The notes below the pieces were generated by a model. That model worked only from the letters and a program-made list of their open reading frames with translations, was not told the origin of the DNA and did no database searches. Positions 18,818 through 30,753 of a stretch of 64,000 nt of DNA are shown here, one piece after another. The translations under genes and the position numbers were made by a program. The stretch's first letter is position 1; each line of letters opens with the position of its first letter. Origin of the DNA: Hydrurus foetidus (lineage: Eukaryota); the NCBI GenBank assembly GCA_900617105.1, contig UYFQ01000001.1, forward strand, positions 930,001 to 994,000, written 5' to 3'.

Positions 18818-19492
18818 TTAGCGTGAATGTAACAATTTGCTTAAACTGGGCCAGACGTTGTTCAAAATAGCCGGGTGCGCAGTGGCCAGCGGGTGAATGC
18901 GGTCAGCCTGAAACCAGCGGGTGGGATCAGGGTCATCGGCAATGCCTTTGAGCATGAACGGCACCAGCGCGGCCTTTTGGGTTTTCGCGACTTGTGCAAA
19001 CAGTGCGGTGAAGCGGCGGGCGTAATCGCTGCCGTAATTGGGCGGCACCTGCATCCCCAGCAGCAGCACTTGTGCGCCGCTTTGCTGGGCGGCTTGCACC
19101 ATCGCGCTCAGGTTGTCTTCGCTCATGGCCAGCGGCAGGCCGCGCAGCGCATCGTTACCGCCCAGCTCAATCACCACCACTGTGGGCTTGTGCCGCGCCA
19201 GCAGTGCGCCCAAGCGCGAGCGCCCGCCCGAGGTGGTGTCGCCGCTGATGCTGGCGTTTACCACCGTGCAGGGCAGTTTTTCGGCCTGAAGGCGTTTGTC
19301 TAGCAGTGCCACCCAGCCGCTGCCGCGCACCAAGCCGTATTCCGCACTGAGCGAGTCGCCCAGCACCAGCAGGGTGTTGGTTTTGGGAGGGGGCTTGTCT
19401 GCGGCAAAGACCTGTTGGGCGGGCCATGTCACAAAGGCGAGCGCAGACAGGATAAAGTCACGCCGTTGCCAAACTTGGGTTTGTATGTCCAT
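18818..19492 (-). CDS. tesA: Arylesterase / acyl-CoA thioesterase I (SGNH)
   Basis: GDSLSA, NASISGDTT, ELGGNDALRG, DRIHP. Confidence 0.9.
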   Translation of the reverse strand: MDIQTQVWQRRDFILSALAFVTWPAQQVFAADKPPPKTNTLLVLGDSLSAEYGLVRGSGWVALLDKRLQAEKLPCTVVNASISGDTTSGGRSRLGALLARHKPTVVVIELGGNDALRGLPLAMSEDNLSAMVQAAQQSGAQVLLLGMQVPPNYGSDYARRFTALFAQVAKTQKAALVPFMLKGIADDPDPTRWFQADRIHPLATAHPAILNNVWPSLSKLLHSR

Positions 19493-20225
19493 CACTGTTC
19501 CTCATTCTGCTGTTCCTTCTGAAGCTGCGCTCGCCATCATTGCGGTGCAGCATGTGTCCAAGTCTGTGACCGATTCCACCGGCACGCTGGACATTTTGCG
19601 TGATATTCACTTTGCGCTGCCGCAAGGCCAGACCACCGCCATCGTCGGCGCGTCGGGCTCGGGCAAAAGCACGCTCTTGTCCATCATCGCGGGGCTGGAC
19701 ACCCCCACGCAGGGCACGGTGATGTTGGCCGGGCAAGACATGTTTGCGATGGACGAAGACGCCCGCGCCGCCCTGCGTGCCCAAAAAATCGGTTTTGTCT
19801 TCCAAAGCTTTCAGCTGATGAGCAACCTCACCGCGCTGGAAAACGTCATGCTGCCTCTGGAATTGCGCGGTGACAAGGCCGGTGACAAGCACGCCATCAA
19901 GCCCCGCCAAGCCGCCACCGAGATGCTCAAGCGCGTAGGCTTGGGCGAGCGGCTCAACCATTATCCCAAGGTGCTCTCAGGCGGCGAGCAGCAGCGGGTG
20001 GCGCTGGCGCGGGCCTTTGTGGTGCAGCCCGATGTGCTGCTGGCCGACGAGCCCACCGGCAGTTTGGACTTTGCCACTGGCGAGCGGGTGATGGCGCTGA
20101 TGTTTGAGCTGAACCAAGAACGTGGCACGGCCCTGGTACTGGTCACGCACGACCGCAACATCGCCGCCCGCTGCCAAACCCGCATCACCATTGATGCTGG
20201 GCGTGTGGTGGATAACCAAGGCTGA
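19485..20225 (+). CDS. ybbA: ABC transporter ATP-binding protein (YbbA/LolD-like)
   Basis: GASGSGKST, LSGGEQQRV, LLADEPTG; divergent overlap with tesA. Confidence 0.85.
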   Translation: MSITVPHSAVPSEAALAIIAVQHVSKSVTDSTGTLDILRDIHFALPQGQTTAIVGASGSGKSTLLSIIAGLDTPTQGTVMLAGQDMFAMDEDARAALRAQKIGFVFQSFQLMSNLTALENVMLPLELRGDKAGDKHAIKPRQAATEMLKRVGLGERLNHYPKVLSGGEQQRVALARAFVVQPDVLLADEPTGSLDFATGERVMALMFELNQERGTALVLVTHDRNIAARCQTRITIDAGRVVDNQG

Positions 20226-20243
20226 GCGGGGATAATCCAGCGC

Positions 20244-20993
20244 ATGTCATCTCCTAAAGTCCTCTTCGGCTTCCATGCCGTCGGTGTGCGCCTCAAAACC
20301 GCCCCCCAATCCATCATCGAAATCTATTTCGAGTCCACCCGGCGCGATGCGCGCATGCGGCAGTTTCTTGACCGCGCCAAAGAAGCCGGTGCCAAGCTGG
20401 TCGAAGGCGACAGCCTGCGCTTGGCCAAGCTCTGCGGCAACCACGGCCACCAAGGCGTTGTAGCCCGCGTCGAGGCCATCCCTCAAGCCCATTCGCTCGA
20501 CGAGTTGCTGGAGCAGCTGGAAGCCAGCACCAACGAGCCACCACTGATCTTGGTGCTCGATGGTGTCACCGATCCGCACAACCTGGGCGCTTGCCTGCGC
20601 GTGGCTGACGGTGCCGGTGCCCACGCGGTGATTGCCCCCAAAGACCACGCTGCCGGTATCAACGCCACCGTGGCCAAAGTGGCCAGCGGTGCGGCTGAGA
20701 CCATGCCTTACTTCATGGTGACGAACCTGGCCCGCACGCTGGGCGAGTTGAAAGAGCGCAACATTTGGTGCATAGGCACCAGCGAAGACGCGCCACAAAC
20801 CATTTACCAAGCCGATTTAAAAGTACCGGTCGCCCTGGTGCTGGGCGCTGAAGGCGCTGGAATGCGGCAACTGACACGCAAAACCTGCGACCAGCTGGTC
20901 AACATTCCCATGCACGGCGCGGTAGAGAGCCTGAACGTGTCGGTGGCCAGCGGTGTGTGTCTGTACGAGGCGCTGCGCCAACGGATCAAGTAA
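20244..20993 (+). CDS. rlmB: 23S rRNA G2251 2'-O-methyltransferase
   Basis: HQGVVA, LDGVTDPHNLGACLR, ESLNVSVA. Confidence 0.93.
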   Translation: MSSPKVLFGFHAVGVRLKTAPQSIIEIYFESTRRDARMRQFLDRAKEAGAKLVEGDSLRLAKLCGNHGHQGVVARVEAIPQAHSLDELLEQLEASTNEPPLILVLDGVTDPHNLGACLRVADGAGAHAVIAPKDHAAGINATVAKVASGAAETMPYFMVTNLARTLGELKERNIWCIGTSEDAPQTIYQADLKVPVALVLGAEGAGMRQLTRKTCDQLVNIPMHGAVESLNVSVASGVCLYEALRQRIK

Positions 20994-21040
20994 GCCGTAA
21001 GAAATAAGCCGTAGGCAGAACAATTCAAGGGAGTGAAGGA

Positions 21041-22636
21041 ATGAAGTTAACAGCAAGCTATACCCGTCCAACCTGCACAAACGTGCTTTTGGGTTCACTG
21101 TTTGGGCTCAGCGCCATACTGAGTGGCTGTGGTGGCGGGGGTGGTTATGCGTCAACGACGGACCGCAATAACTCAGCCATTGCCAGCAGCACGGCAACCA
21201 CAGTGACCACGGGTAGTCCTGCTGGCATCCTTCCTGCCAAAAACATTGCCGCCCAATGCGCCACACCGCGCACAGGTATTGACCCTGCCACCAAGGCCGA
21301 CTACGCCGATACCCAAGGCAGCATCACCACCGAAAAAAGCTGGGTACGCTCTTACATCAACGACACCTACCTCTGGTACAGCGAAGTGCCCAACCCGGTA
21401 GCTGCCAATTACGCAACGGCTACCGACTACTTCGCCGTGCTCAAAACCCCTGCCACCACCGCCAGCGGTGCGCCCAAAGACAAATTCCACTTCACCTACA
21501 CCACGCCCGTTTGGCAGGCCTTATCGCAATCGGGCGTGAGCGTGGGCTATGGCATTGACTGGACGCTGCTTGCCAACAGGCCCCCTCGCAGCATTGTGGT
21601 GTCGCAGGTCACGCCCGGCTCTGTGGCGGAGGCAGCAGGCATCCAGCGTGGCGCTACGGTGCTCACCGTCGATGGTGTGGATGTGGTCAATGGCAGCGAC
21701 ACCACCACCTTGAACGCCGGTTTGTTCCCCACCGTCACCGGCCAATCGCACACCTTCACCGTGAAAGACGTGGGGGCCACCACCACCCGCCAAGTCACGC
21801 TACAGGGCGGGGCAGTGACCTCTGTGCCCGTGCAAAACGTCAAAACCCTCAGCACGCCCACCGGCCTGGTGGGCTATGTGCTGTTCAATGACCACATCGC
21901 TACCGCTGAGACCCAGCTCATCGCCGCCGTCAACCAGCTCAAAACGGCCAAGGTGGTTGATTTGGTGCTTGACGTGCGTTACAACGGCGGCGGCTACCTG
22001 GACATCGCGGCTCAACTCGCCTACATGATCGCTGGCCCCACACCCACGACGGGCAAGTTCTTTGAAAAATTGACCTTCAACGACAAAAACCCCTTCGGTG
22101 CCACCGATGCCGACACCATCACCCCGTTTCACACGAAAACGCTGGGGTTTTCAGCCACCAAAGACCAGCCCTTGCCGTACCTGGGCTTGAACCATGTCAC
22201 CGTGCTCACCACCAGCCGCACCTGCTCTGCCAGCGAAGCCATCGTTAACGGTTTGCGCGGTGCCGGTATCACCGTTGATTTGATCGGTGGCACCACCTGC
22301 GGCAAGCCCTATGGTTTTATCCCCCAAGACAACTGCGGCGTGACGTACTTCGCCATCCAGTTCAAAGGCGTGAACCAACTCGGCTTTGGGGACTATTCAG
22401 ACGGCTTTGCACCCACCTGCGCCGTGTCGGACGACTACACCCACGCCCTGGGCGACCCCGCAGAGACGCAATTGGCGGCTGCCTTGGCCTACCGCAACAG
22501 TGGCGTGTGCCCTGTGGCCAGCGCCAGCACGGCCAGCGAGGCCCTGAAGAAACTCACCGCCACATCCCGCGATGCCAGCGGTTTGGCTTTGACCTTGCCT
22601 GAAAACCCAGCCCGCAACAACCGTATCTTGCGCTGA
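21041..22636 (+). CDS. S41-family peptidase lipoprotein with PDZ domain
   Basis: Lipobox LSGC; YLWY, DVRYNGGG, TCSASE, GKPYG. Confidence 0.85.
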   Translation: MKLTASYTRPTCTNVLLGSLFGLSAILSGCGGGGGYASTTDRNNSAIASSTATTVTTGSPAGILPAKNIAAQCATPRTGIDPATKADYADTQGSITTEKSWVRSYINDTYLWYSEVPNPVAANYATATDYFAVLKTPATTASGAPKDKFHFTYTTPVWQALSQSGVSVGYGIDWTLLANRPPRSIVVSQVTPGSVAEAAGIQRGATVLTVDGVDVVNGSDTTTLNAGLFPTVTGQSHTFTVKDVGATTTRQVTLQGGAVTSVPVQNVKTLSTPTGLVGYVLFNDHIATAETQLIAAVNQLKTAKVVDLVLDVRYNGGGYLDIAAQLAYMIAGPTPTTGKFFEKLTFNDKNPFGATDADTITPFHTKTLGFSATKDQPLPYLGLNHVTVLTTSRTCSASEAIVNGLRGAGITVDLIGGTTCGKPYGFIPQDNCGVTYFAIQFKGVNQLGFGDYSDGFAPTCAVSDDYTHALGDPAETQLAAALAYRNSGVCPVASASTASEALKKLTATSRDASGLALTLPENPARNNRILR

Positions 22637-22653
22637 AACGGTTGTTGGGTTTT

Positions 22654-24129
22654 TCAGCGACTGTAGGCGAGTGCACCCGTGGGTGGCGTTGACGTGGTGG
22701 CAAACACAGCCACGGTTTGCACGAGTTCTTGTGCCTGGGCTTTCAGGCTGCCTGCCGCTGCAGCCATTTCCTCGACAAGGGCGGCATTTTGCTGGGTAGC
22801 CTGGTCCATTTCCGATACCGCTTGGCCTACCTGCGCCACGCCTGACGCCTGATGCCCGCTGGCCGCGCTGATTTCACCCATGATGTCCGTCACCCGCCGA
22901 ATCGCGCTGACCACCTCACTCATCGTGGCCCCTGCTTGGTCTACCAGCACCGTACCGTGCGAGACACGCTCCACGCTGGCACTGATGAGGCCTTTGATTT
23001 CCTTGGCTGCATCGGCTGATCGCCCCGCCAAGCTGCGTACTTCCGAGGCCACCACCGCAAAGCCACGGCCTTGCTCACCAGCGCGGGCTGCCTCTACCGC
23101 TGCGTTCAGCGCCAAAATATTGGTTTGAAATGCAATGCCGTCAATCACACCAATGATGTCGGCAATCTTGTTCGAGCTTTCATTGATGCCCTTCATGGTG
23201 TTCACCACCTGGGCTACTACTTCACCGCCTTTGATGGCGACGTTGCTTGCGTTCAAGGCCAGTTCATTGGCTTGGCGGGCGTTGGCATCAGACTGTTTTA
23301 CCGTGCTGGTCAACTCCACCATGCTGGCAGCAGTGCGCTGCAAATTAGAGGCTGTTTGCTCAGTGCGGTCACTCAGGTCTTGGTTGCCGCTGGCAATCTC
23401 ACTGCAAGCCATTTCGATGTTTGCAGTGCCCTTGCGCACCTCAGAAACAGCCGCTTCCATGCGCTCCAGGGTCGTCTTGAGAGCCATTCCCCCAGGTGTT
23501 TGCGTGGCCACACCTGAGACATGCAGCGCGATGCCTTCGCCCCGACTCACCTGGTTAACCAAGGCCGTCAATTCGTCCCCCTGACGGTCCATTTTGGCCA
23601 TATTGAGGGCCAAAACGACCTCAACCCCAGATTGCACCACCACGTACACGGCGTGCAACACGACACGCATAAAGTCCGCTTGTGTCGTGCAGTAAAACCC
23701 ATAACCTGCTGCTTGCAGCCGGTCAAAAACCACATGGTGCACGGCAAACAATGCCGCCCCAAAAACAATGGGCCGCCAGTCGCGGTACACCATCAAAAAT
23801 GCCAGCGTGACGAACACCCCAAAGTGGAATTCCAGCATACCTTTGGCGAGTTGAATGTGCAGTGCCACCAAACTGACCAGTACAAACGTCAGCACCAACC
23901 TGCTGCTGAGCTGGCCCTTGCCTGTGGCATACGCCACCAGCGCCATGCCCACCAGTACCACCGTGGCCCCAATGGCCAGCCCGGAATCTACAAACTGGAA
24001 GCCCAGCACTATGCTGGCCAAGGCGCTCAGTCCAATCGCTACCAGCAGGGTCTTATCGCCCAGCAAGCCCAGTGATGAGGCTTCGACAGAAGCGGTTTTT
24101 GTGGCATTTGAAGCATACGAAGAGGCCAT
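22654..24129 (-). CDS. Methyl-accepting chemotaxis protein with multi-TM sensor
   Basis: [34 protein letters not shown]. Confidence 0.93.
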   Translation of the reverse strand: MASSYASNATKTASVEASSLGLLGDKTLLVAIGLSALASIVLGFQFVDSGLAIGATVVLVGMALVAYATGKGQLSSRLVLTFVLVSLVALHIQLAKGMLEFHFGVFVTLAFLMVYRDWRPIVFGAALFAVHHVVFDRLQAAGYGFYCTTQADFMRVVLHAVYVVVQSGVEVVLALNMAKMDRQGDELTALVNQVSRGEGIALHVSGVATQTPGGMALKTTLERMEAAVSEVRKGTANIEMACSEIASGNQDLSDRTEQTASNLQRTAASMVELTSTVKQSDANARQANELALNASNVAIKGGEVVAQVVNTMKGINESSNKIADIIGVIDGIAFQTNILALNAAVEAARAGEQGRGFAVVASEVRSLAGRSADAAKEIKGLISASVERVSHGTVLVDQAGATMSEVVSAIRRVTDIMGEISAASGHQASGVAQVGQAVSEMDQATQQNAALVEEMAAAAGSLKAQAQELVQTVAVFATTSTPPTGALAYSR

Positions 24130-24239
24130 TGTGTTGTCTCCTGCTATAGGTTTTAGGTTACAAAAGTTAGCACATAGAACAACTATTGTCAGCCTAAATC
24201 ACAATAACCAAGAGGGTGACTTGGTCTTTCAGCACGTCT

Positions 24240-24845
24240 TTAAACCCAGCCCATCGCCCCCAGCACCGCGCCTACCGCCAGCAGCACCAGCAGGTGCGTT
24301 TTGGTACGCCACACCACCAAGGCGCTGCACAGCGCCAGCAGCCACAGCGGCCAGTCTTTGGCCGGGTTGTCGTGTGCCGTGGTCAGCAGCCAGCCCGTGG
24401 CAATCAACAGGGCAATCACCACCGGGGCCATGCCCGCTTTAAAAGCCCGCACCGCCCGCAGATCGCGGTTACGGTGGCCCCATTGCGCCGTCATGAAAGT
24501 CAGCGTGCATGAGGGGATCAGCATCCCCATCATGGTGATACCCACCCCCAACAGTGCCAGCCACCACGCATATGGCCCCGCGCCCAAGCCCCCCCCGGCG
24601 TTCAGCCCCACATTCCAACCCATCAAGGCCACAAACAGCACATTCGGCCCAGGGGCGGCTTGCGCGATGGCAATCGACGAGCTGAACTGCGCTTCCGTCA
24701 GCCAATGCTGGTCGTTCACCAAAAAGCGGTGCATGTCCGGCGCAGTGGTGATCGCCCCGCCCACCGCCAGCAGCGAAAGCGATAAAAACTGCGCAAACAG
24801 CGCGAACCAATCCGAAAAAGCCATCGTGAGGTTCAGTGTGCTCAT
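24240..24845 (-). CDS. chrA: Short-chain chromate transporter subunit
   Basis: AVGG, AQAAPGPN; ATGA overlap with its partner. Confidence 0.85.
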   Translation of the reverse strand: MSTLNLTMAFSDWFALFAQFLSLSLLAVGGAITTAPDMHRFLVNDQHWLTEAQFSSSIAIAQAAPGPNVLFVALMGWNVGLNAGGGLGAGPYAWWLALLGVGITMMGMLIPSCTLTFMTAQWGHRNRDLRAVRAFKAGMAPVVIALLIATGWLLTTAHDNPAKDWPLWLLALCSALVVWRTKTHLLVLLAVGAVLGAMGWV

Positions 24846-25459
24846 GCGGCACCCCCTGTTTTTGGGGTCTTGCCCGCCGCGATACCTAGCATCCGGTAAG
24901 CCCAAGCCCACGCCACCCCACCCAGGCTCAGCAGCACATAAGCCAGCGGCAGGTGCAGCAAGGCAATCGCCACAAACGTCAGCGCAGCAAACCCCCAGCA
25001 CACCAGCCGGCCCATCACGTTGTTGTTCAGCGCACCAATCAGCTTGAGCCCCGTGGCGGTGATCAAACCCGCAGCCACCGCCCCCATGCCCCGCAGCGCA
25101 CCTTGCACGAGGGGGCTGTCAGACACGCCGGCATACAGCGCCGCCAACACCAGCACCACCAGCATCGGAAACGTCAACATCCCCGCCAACGCCACCATCG
25201 CACCGCGCAAACCAAACGCACGGGCACCGATCATCAAAGACAAGTTCACCACATTCGGCCCCGGCATGATCTGCGCGACCGCCCAGTCTTCCACAAACTC
25301 ATCGCGCGTCAGCCACTGCTTTTGCTCCACGATCACCCGCTGCACCACCGCCAACACCCCACCAAAGCCTTGCAAGGCCAGCCAGGTGAAGGAGAAAAAC
25401 AGGTCAGAAAGCGACTCGGGGGCAGGGCGGGGGGCGAGGGTGATGGGTTCGGTAGGCAT
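24842..25459 (-). CDS. chrA: Short-chain chromate transporter subunit
   Basis: LQGFGG, AQIMPGPN. Confidence 0.85.
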   Translation of the reverse strand: MPTEPITLAPRPAPESLSDLFFSFTWLALQGFGGVLAVVQRVIVEQKQWLTRDEFVEDWAVAQIMPGPNVVNLSLMIGARAFGLRGAMVALAGMLTFPMLVVLVLAALYAGVSDSPLVQGALRGMGAVAAGLITATGLKLIGALNNNVMGRLVCWGFAALTFVAIALLHLPLAYVLLSLGGVAWAWAYRMLGIAAGKTPKTGGAA

Positions 25460-25539
25460 GGGGTGATTATCGGTTTGGCAGCTGGGGAGAAATTGCGGGG
25501 AACCACATGAACTAAAGCGGCCCCCTATGCCGATTGACC

Positions 25540-25813
25540 CCGCTGCGACCTTACTCTGCGTAATCCCCCACCGGCACGCAGCTGCAAAACAAATTCCTGT
25601 CCCCATACACGTTGTCCACCCGGCCCAATGAGGGCCAGTATTTGGATTGTTTCAACGTCGACAGCGGGAAAGCGCCTGTCTCTCTGCTGTACGGGCGATC
25701 CCACTCTGCACCCATCGGGCTGGTGGCGGTGTGCGGCGCGTGCTTCAGGGGGTTGTTGTCTTGCGGTCAGACACCGGTTTCGACTTGGGTGATTTCCTTG
25801 CGGATGGCGATCA
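25540..25813 (-). pseudogene. gcvP: Displaced duplicate of the gcvP 3' end (274 bp)
   Basis: Ungapped match to 28298-28571 with about 20 mismatches by manual count; contains TGG>TGA nonsense. Confidence 0.92.
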
Positions 25814-26014
25814 AGTAGCGTGTCAAGTGAGGCCCACCCGCAAGGCTTAGCAAGCCAGGATGTGTTCACGAGGCGTTTTGCAAAGTAATCGTGAATTTCA
25901 GCTTACCTGCTCAAGGGTAAACAGGCATAAATCGATGCGAGTAAGCATGAAAAGTGCCTCTGCCTGTGAGGCTGCGCTATCTACAATGATTCCCTTGTTT
26001 AAAAAAGGGACGCT

Positions 26015-26243
26015 ATGCTTCAGGTGAAAAATATTGCCGTTATCGGCTTGGTGGGTGGGTTGTTGGCTGCATGCGGAGGAGGGGCCAGTAGTACTTCATC
26101 ACAAGGCTCAATCACTACAGTGGTGGATAAGCCAGGGACGCTAGGCGCAGCACCTTCAGTTACACCTGAGATACCAGCAACAACACTAACACCAACAATC
26201 GCAACAACACCCACAACACCAGCAACACCAGCAACACCAGCAA

Positions 26244-26284
<41 letters not shown>

Positions 26285-28213
26285 ACAGCAACAACACCTG
26301 TGATGCCTGCTCCACCGCGAGTGCCTCCTAAAACACCAACATTTGTTTCGGGTGGAGGTGTAGTTGGAGGTATCGTGGTTTGGCGTTCCGCGCAGGACAG
26401 TATTGATAGCCCATCTGTAGTTGATTACACCGCCAGTTGCCGAAGTGGTTCACAGACGTTCACAACAAGGGGTGTCAGCAATCCGTTGGTTGTTGCAGGC
26501 ATGACGGTTGGTCAAATCTATAGCTGTTCCTTGGTCGCTAACAGTGCTACAGGTGCAAGTTCGTCTTCCATTGCTTTCAGTGCAACGCCTGTTGCGGGCA
26601 GTGAAGTGACCCCCTTTTCTCCGGTGTCCGTCACGGCTCGCGCGAGAGACCGATCGATCTCTGTCGCGTATGCGCCGTACTCCATCAATCTAGCTAACTT
26701 GGTGGCGTTTTCAGGAGGCAAAATCGATCCTGCATGGGATCCGCAATTTCGCGCCCCTATCACAGCCTTTACAGCCAGCTGTAGTGATGGGCGAAGCGTG
26801 GTAACGGCCAGTGGCTTAAGCAGCCCATTGATTGTTTCTGGCCTGACCAACGGCGTGAGCTATACCTGTAACGTCACGGCCAATAATTACTTTGGTGCTA
26901 GCGGGCCAATGCCTGCGGGTGTGGTGACCCCTCGCGTTGAGGCAGTTCCGCAAGCGGTATCTATCTCCGCAACAAGTGGAGTTCGACTTGCCGTACTCAC
27001 CTTTACTGAAAAATCGACAGATATCGGTGCACCTGGGCTCCGGTACACCGCAACCTGTAGCAGCAGCGCCAATACGAGAAGTACCTCTGTCGATGAGGCT
27101 AATTTGCAGCATACCCCGCTTGAATACTTAATTGGGTCATCGGCACGCATTGAGGTTCGTGACTTGACCCCCGCCGTGACCTATGCTTGCAGCGTGATTG
27201 TCAATAACCAAGTAGGAAGCAGTCCTGTTTCCAATACCGTGTCAATGGTTCCAGCCAATGATCCAGCAACCATAGTGCCAACGGCTCCTGTTGATCCTTA
27301 TGACTCGGCACCGCAGAATGTTGTTGCCCAGGCCGGAATTGAGTCCGTTTATTTGACCTACGCCAAACCGAAAACCACAGACGGGGTGGGCGGTTATTTT
27401 GCACAGTGCAGTGTGAATGGCAGTACAGTGACATCGCCGACAACGATGACCATGTCGAGTTTGCTGGTCTCTCTTAGCCCTAACACGGCCTACAGTTGCA
27501 AAGTCTATACGGTGGTGCTTAGATCGACCATTATTGGTATTGACAGGAGATTTACTGGTGCTGCATCTCTGCCAGTTTTGGTAACGACAAAAGCTGTCAC
27601 AACCCCCACAGCCCCTCTAAATTTGATAGCAACGCCGCGTGATGGCAGTGTTTCACTGGCCTTTAATCCTCCAACGTCTAACGGCGGATCTGGAATTACC
27701 CACTTCAGTGCCACATGCAGCACGAACACGACACCGATGGTGGGCATTGTTCCAGGTGTTACTTATCAGCAGACCGCCATAGGGTCTGCCCAATCTTCAC
27801 CGATCACCGTTGAAAATCTCAAAAATGGCAATCCCTACACCTGTACCGTTGCAGCGAGTAATGCCTGGGGGGCTGGCCCCTACTCGGGTAATGTCAGTAC
27901 CACACCCAATGGAACTGCGGTGGTCGTGAGTACCCCTACGCCACCGCAAAGCCCGATTTTGCTCAGTGCAAACTATGTGAGTAGCAGCACAGGCGGGCCA
28001 CGCATTGATATATCGTCGTCTGACCCGGCTACTGCGCATGTGGGTATTTGTGCTGACCTGCTGAGCGATCAAGTGTTCATGACCTCTTTTACAAGCTCCG
28101 CCTCTGTCACGGGCATTCAGCCTCATCGTGGCTATCGCTGCACTGTGATAGCGACCAGCTCGACGGGGTGGAGTCGCACCTCCAATCCCCTGTTCGTTGA
28201 AACCCTTGACTGA
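26015..28213 (+). CDS. Fibronectin type III repeat surface lipoprotein (lower GC)
   Basis: Lipobox LAAC; Thr/Pro/Ala linker; repeated YTAxC..SP.V.GLTNG..Y.C.V.A.N units. Confidence 0.85.
26201..26298 (+). repeat. Coding VNTR: 9-bp (ccagcaaca) and 6-bp (gcaaca) tandem repeats
   Basis: Encodes PATPATPAT...TATATATATAT linker. Confidence 0.9.
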
Positions 28214-28230
28214 CTTGTCCTTGCACCCAA

Positions 28231-28260
28231 GCAAAAAGCCCCTTCACGGGGCTTTTTGCA
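28231..28260. terminator. Bidirectional rho-independent terminator
   Basis: gcaaaaagcccc-ttcac-ggggctttttgc between convergent genes. Confidence 0.9.
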
Positions 28261-28308
28261 TTCTGTAACCCCCGCTTGGGCGTTCCGCTGTGACGTTCCG
28301 CTGCGACG

Positions 28309-30721
28309 TTACTCCGCGTACTCCCCCACCGGCACGCAGCTGCAAAACAGATTCCTGTCCCCATAAACGTTGTCCACCCGGCCCACTGACGGCCAGTATT
28401 TGGATTGCTTCAAAGTGGACAGCGGGAAAGCGCCTGTTTCTCTGCTGTACGGGCGATTCCACTCTGCACCCATCAGGCTGGCGGCGGTGTGGGGGGCGTG
28501 CTTCAGGGGGTTGTTGTCTTGCGGCCAGATGCCGGTTTCGACTTGCGTGATTTCCTTGCGGATGGCGATCATCGCGGCGATGAAGCGGTCTAGCTCGGCC
28601 AGGGTTTCGCTCTCGGTTGGTTCCACCATCAGGGTGCCGGGCACGGGGAAGCTGAGGGTGGGGGCGTGGAAACCGTAGTCGGCGAGGCGCTTGGCCACGT
28701 CTTCGGCGGTCACGCCGCAAGCGTCTTTGATGGGGCGCAAGTCGAGGATGCACTCGTGGGCGACATGGCCGTTTTCGCTGGCGTACAGCGTGGGGTAATG
28801 GTCTTTCAGGCGGGCGCTGATGTAGTTCGCGGCGAGGATGGCGGCTTCGGTGGCGTGCTTCAAGCCCTCGGCACCCATCATGCGGCAGTACATCCAGCTG
28901 ATCGGCAGTACCGCTGCGTTGCCCAGTGGGGCGGCACTGATGGCGCCGACACCGTTCACGGGCAAGCCGCCGGTGGCGTGGCCGGGCAGGTAGGGCACCA
29001 AGTCGGCCACCACGCAGACGGGGCCAACGCCGGGGCCGCCGCCGCCGTGGGGGATGCAGAAGGTTTTGTGCAGGTTCAGGTGGCTCACGTCACCGCCGAA
29101 TTCACCGGGGGCGGCCACGCCGACCAGGGCGTTCATGTTCGCGCCGTCCACGTAGACCCGACCGCCGTGGCTGTGTACCAGGGCGCAGAGTTCTTTCACC
29201 TGTGTCTCGAACACGCCGTGCGTGCTGGGGTAGGTGATCATGATGGCCGCGAGGTTGGCGCTGTGCTTTTCGCACTTGGCTTGCAAGTCGGCCATGTCCA
29301 CATTGCCTTGCGCGTCGCAGGCGGTGACGACCACCGACATACCCGCCATTTGGGCGCTGGCGGGGTTGGTGCCGTGGGCGCTGCTGGGGATCAGGCAGAT
29401 GTTGCGGTGGCTCTCGCCACGGGCATCGTGGTAGGCCTTGATGACCAGCAAACCGGCGTATTCACCCTGGCTGCCCGCGTTGGGTTGCAGGCTGATGCCT
29501 GCGTAGCCGGTGGCGGCGCACAGCCATGCGCGGAGTTGCTCGTCCAGTTCTTTGTAGCCTTGGAGCTGGTCAGCCGGTGCGAAGGGGTGGATGTTGGCGA
29601 ACTCGGGCCAGGTGATGGGGATCATCTCGCTGGTGGCGTTGAGTTTCATCGTGCAACTGCCCAGCGGGATCATGCTGCGGTCAAGGGCCAAATCTTTGTC
29701 ACTCAAGGCGCGGATGTAGCGCAACATGCCGGTTTCGGAGTGGTGGGTGTTGAAGACGGGGTGCGTCAGAAACGGGGTGGTGCGGCGCAGGTTGGCGGGA
29801 ATGAGCGGCTCGATTCCGTCCTCAAACGCTGCCACGGTGGGCGGGGTAAGGCCTGGCTTGGCGAAGATGGCCCACAGCAGCGCGATGTCGTCGCGGGTGG
29901 TGGTTTCGTCCAGCGAGATGCAGGTGTAGTTCCCCCATGCTGTTCTGACGTTAGCGCCCATAGATACGGCGGTAGCAGCTATGGAATGTGTAGCATCATC
30001 GGTCTTCAGGCACAGGGTGTCGAAAGCCTGTGCCAGCGTGCCGCGATGGGCCAGCGTGTAGCCCAGTTGCTGCAAACCTTTGGCCAGGATGGCGGTGTAC
30101 GCGGCAATGCGTTGGGCAATGCGCGTCAAGCCCTCTGGCCCGTGGTAGACGGCGTACATGCTGGCCACCACCGCTGGCAAGACCTGCGCGGTGCAGATGT
30201 TGGACGTGGCTTTTTCGCGGCGAATGTGCTGCTCGCGGGTTTGCAAGGCGAGGCGGTAAGCCGGGTTGCCGTGGGCATCGACGCTGACACCGACCAAGCG
30301 GCCCGGCATCGAGCGTTTGAATTCGTCACGGCAAGCCATGAACGCCGCGTGCGGGCCACCTGCGCCCATCGGCATGCCAAAGCGCTGGGTGCTGCCAATC
30401 ACGATATCAGCACCCCATTCACCGGGAGGCGTGAGCAAGGTCAGCGCCAGCAAATCGGCGGCGACGATGAAGGCGGCTTGCTTGGCGTGGGCCTTGTCTA
30501 CTTCGCTTTTCAGATCAGCAATCGCACCGCTGGTGCTGGGGTACTGGTCCATGATGGCAAAGAAATCGCGGTTGGCCACCCAGTCGGCCCAGTCTTCGCC
30601 AGAGTTTGCCACCAGCACCTCGATGCCCAGCGGCTTGGCGCGGGTCTGGATCACTTCAATCGTCTGCGGATGGCAGTCGCCGCTGACGATGAAGATGTTG
30701 CTTTTGCTCTTCACGCTGCGT

Positions 30722-30753
<32 letters not shown>

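Noticed and set aside
19485..19495. Overlapping divergent starts of tesA and ybbA as a novelty
   Set aside because: Known conserved arrangement, for example in E. coli
26201..26298. CRISPR array
   Set aside because: Tandem microsatellite without spacers inside a CDS; no cas genes
27614..27630. Further copy of the 17-bp element
   Set aside because: Degenerate core with no tail in AT-richer DNA; could be chance
25540..28571. Diversity-generating retroelement TR/VR pair
   Set aside because: Mismatches are mostly synonymous and not adenine-specific, and there is no reverse transcriptase in the window
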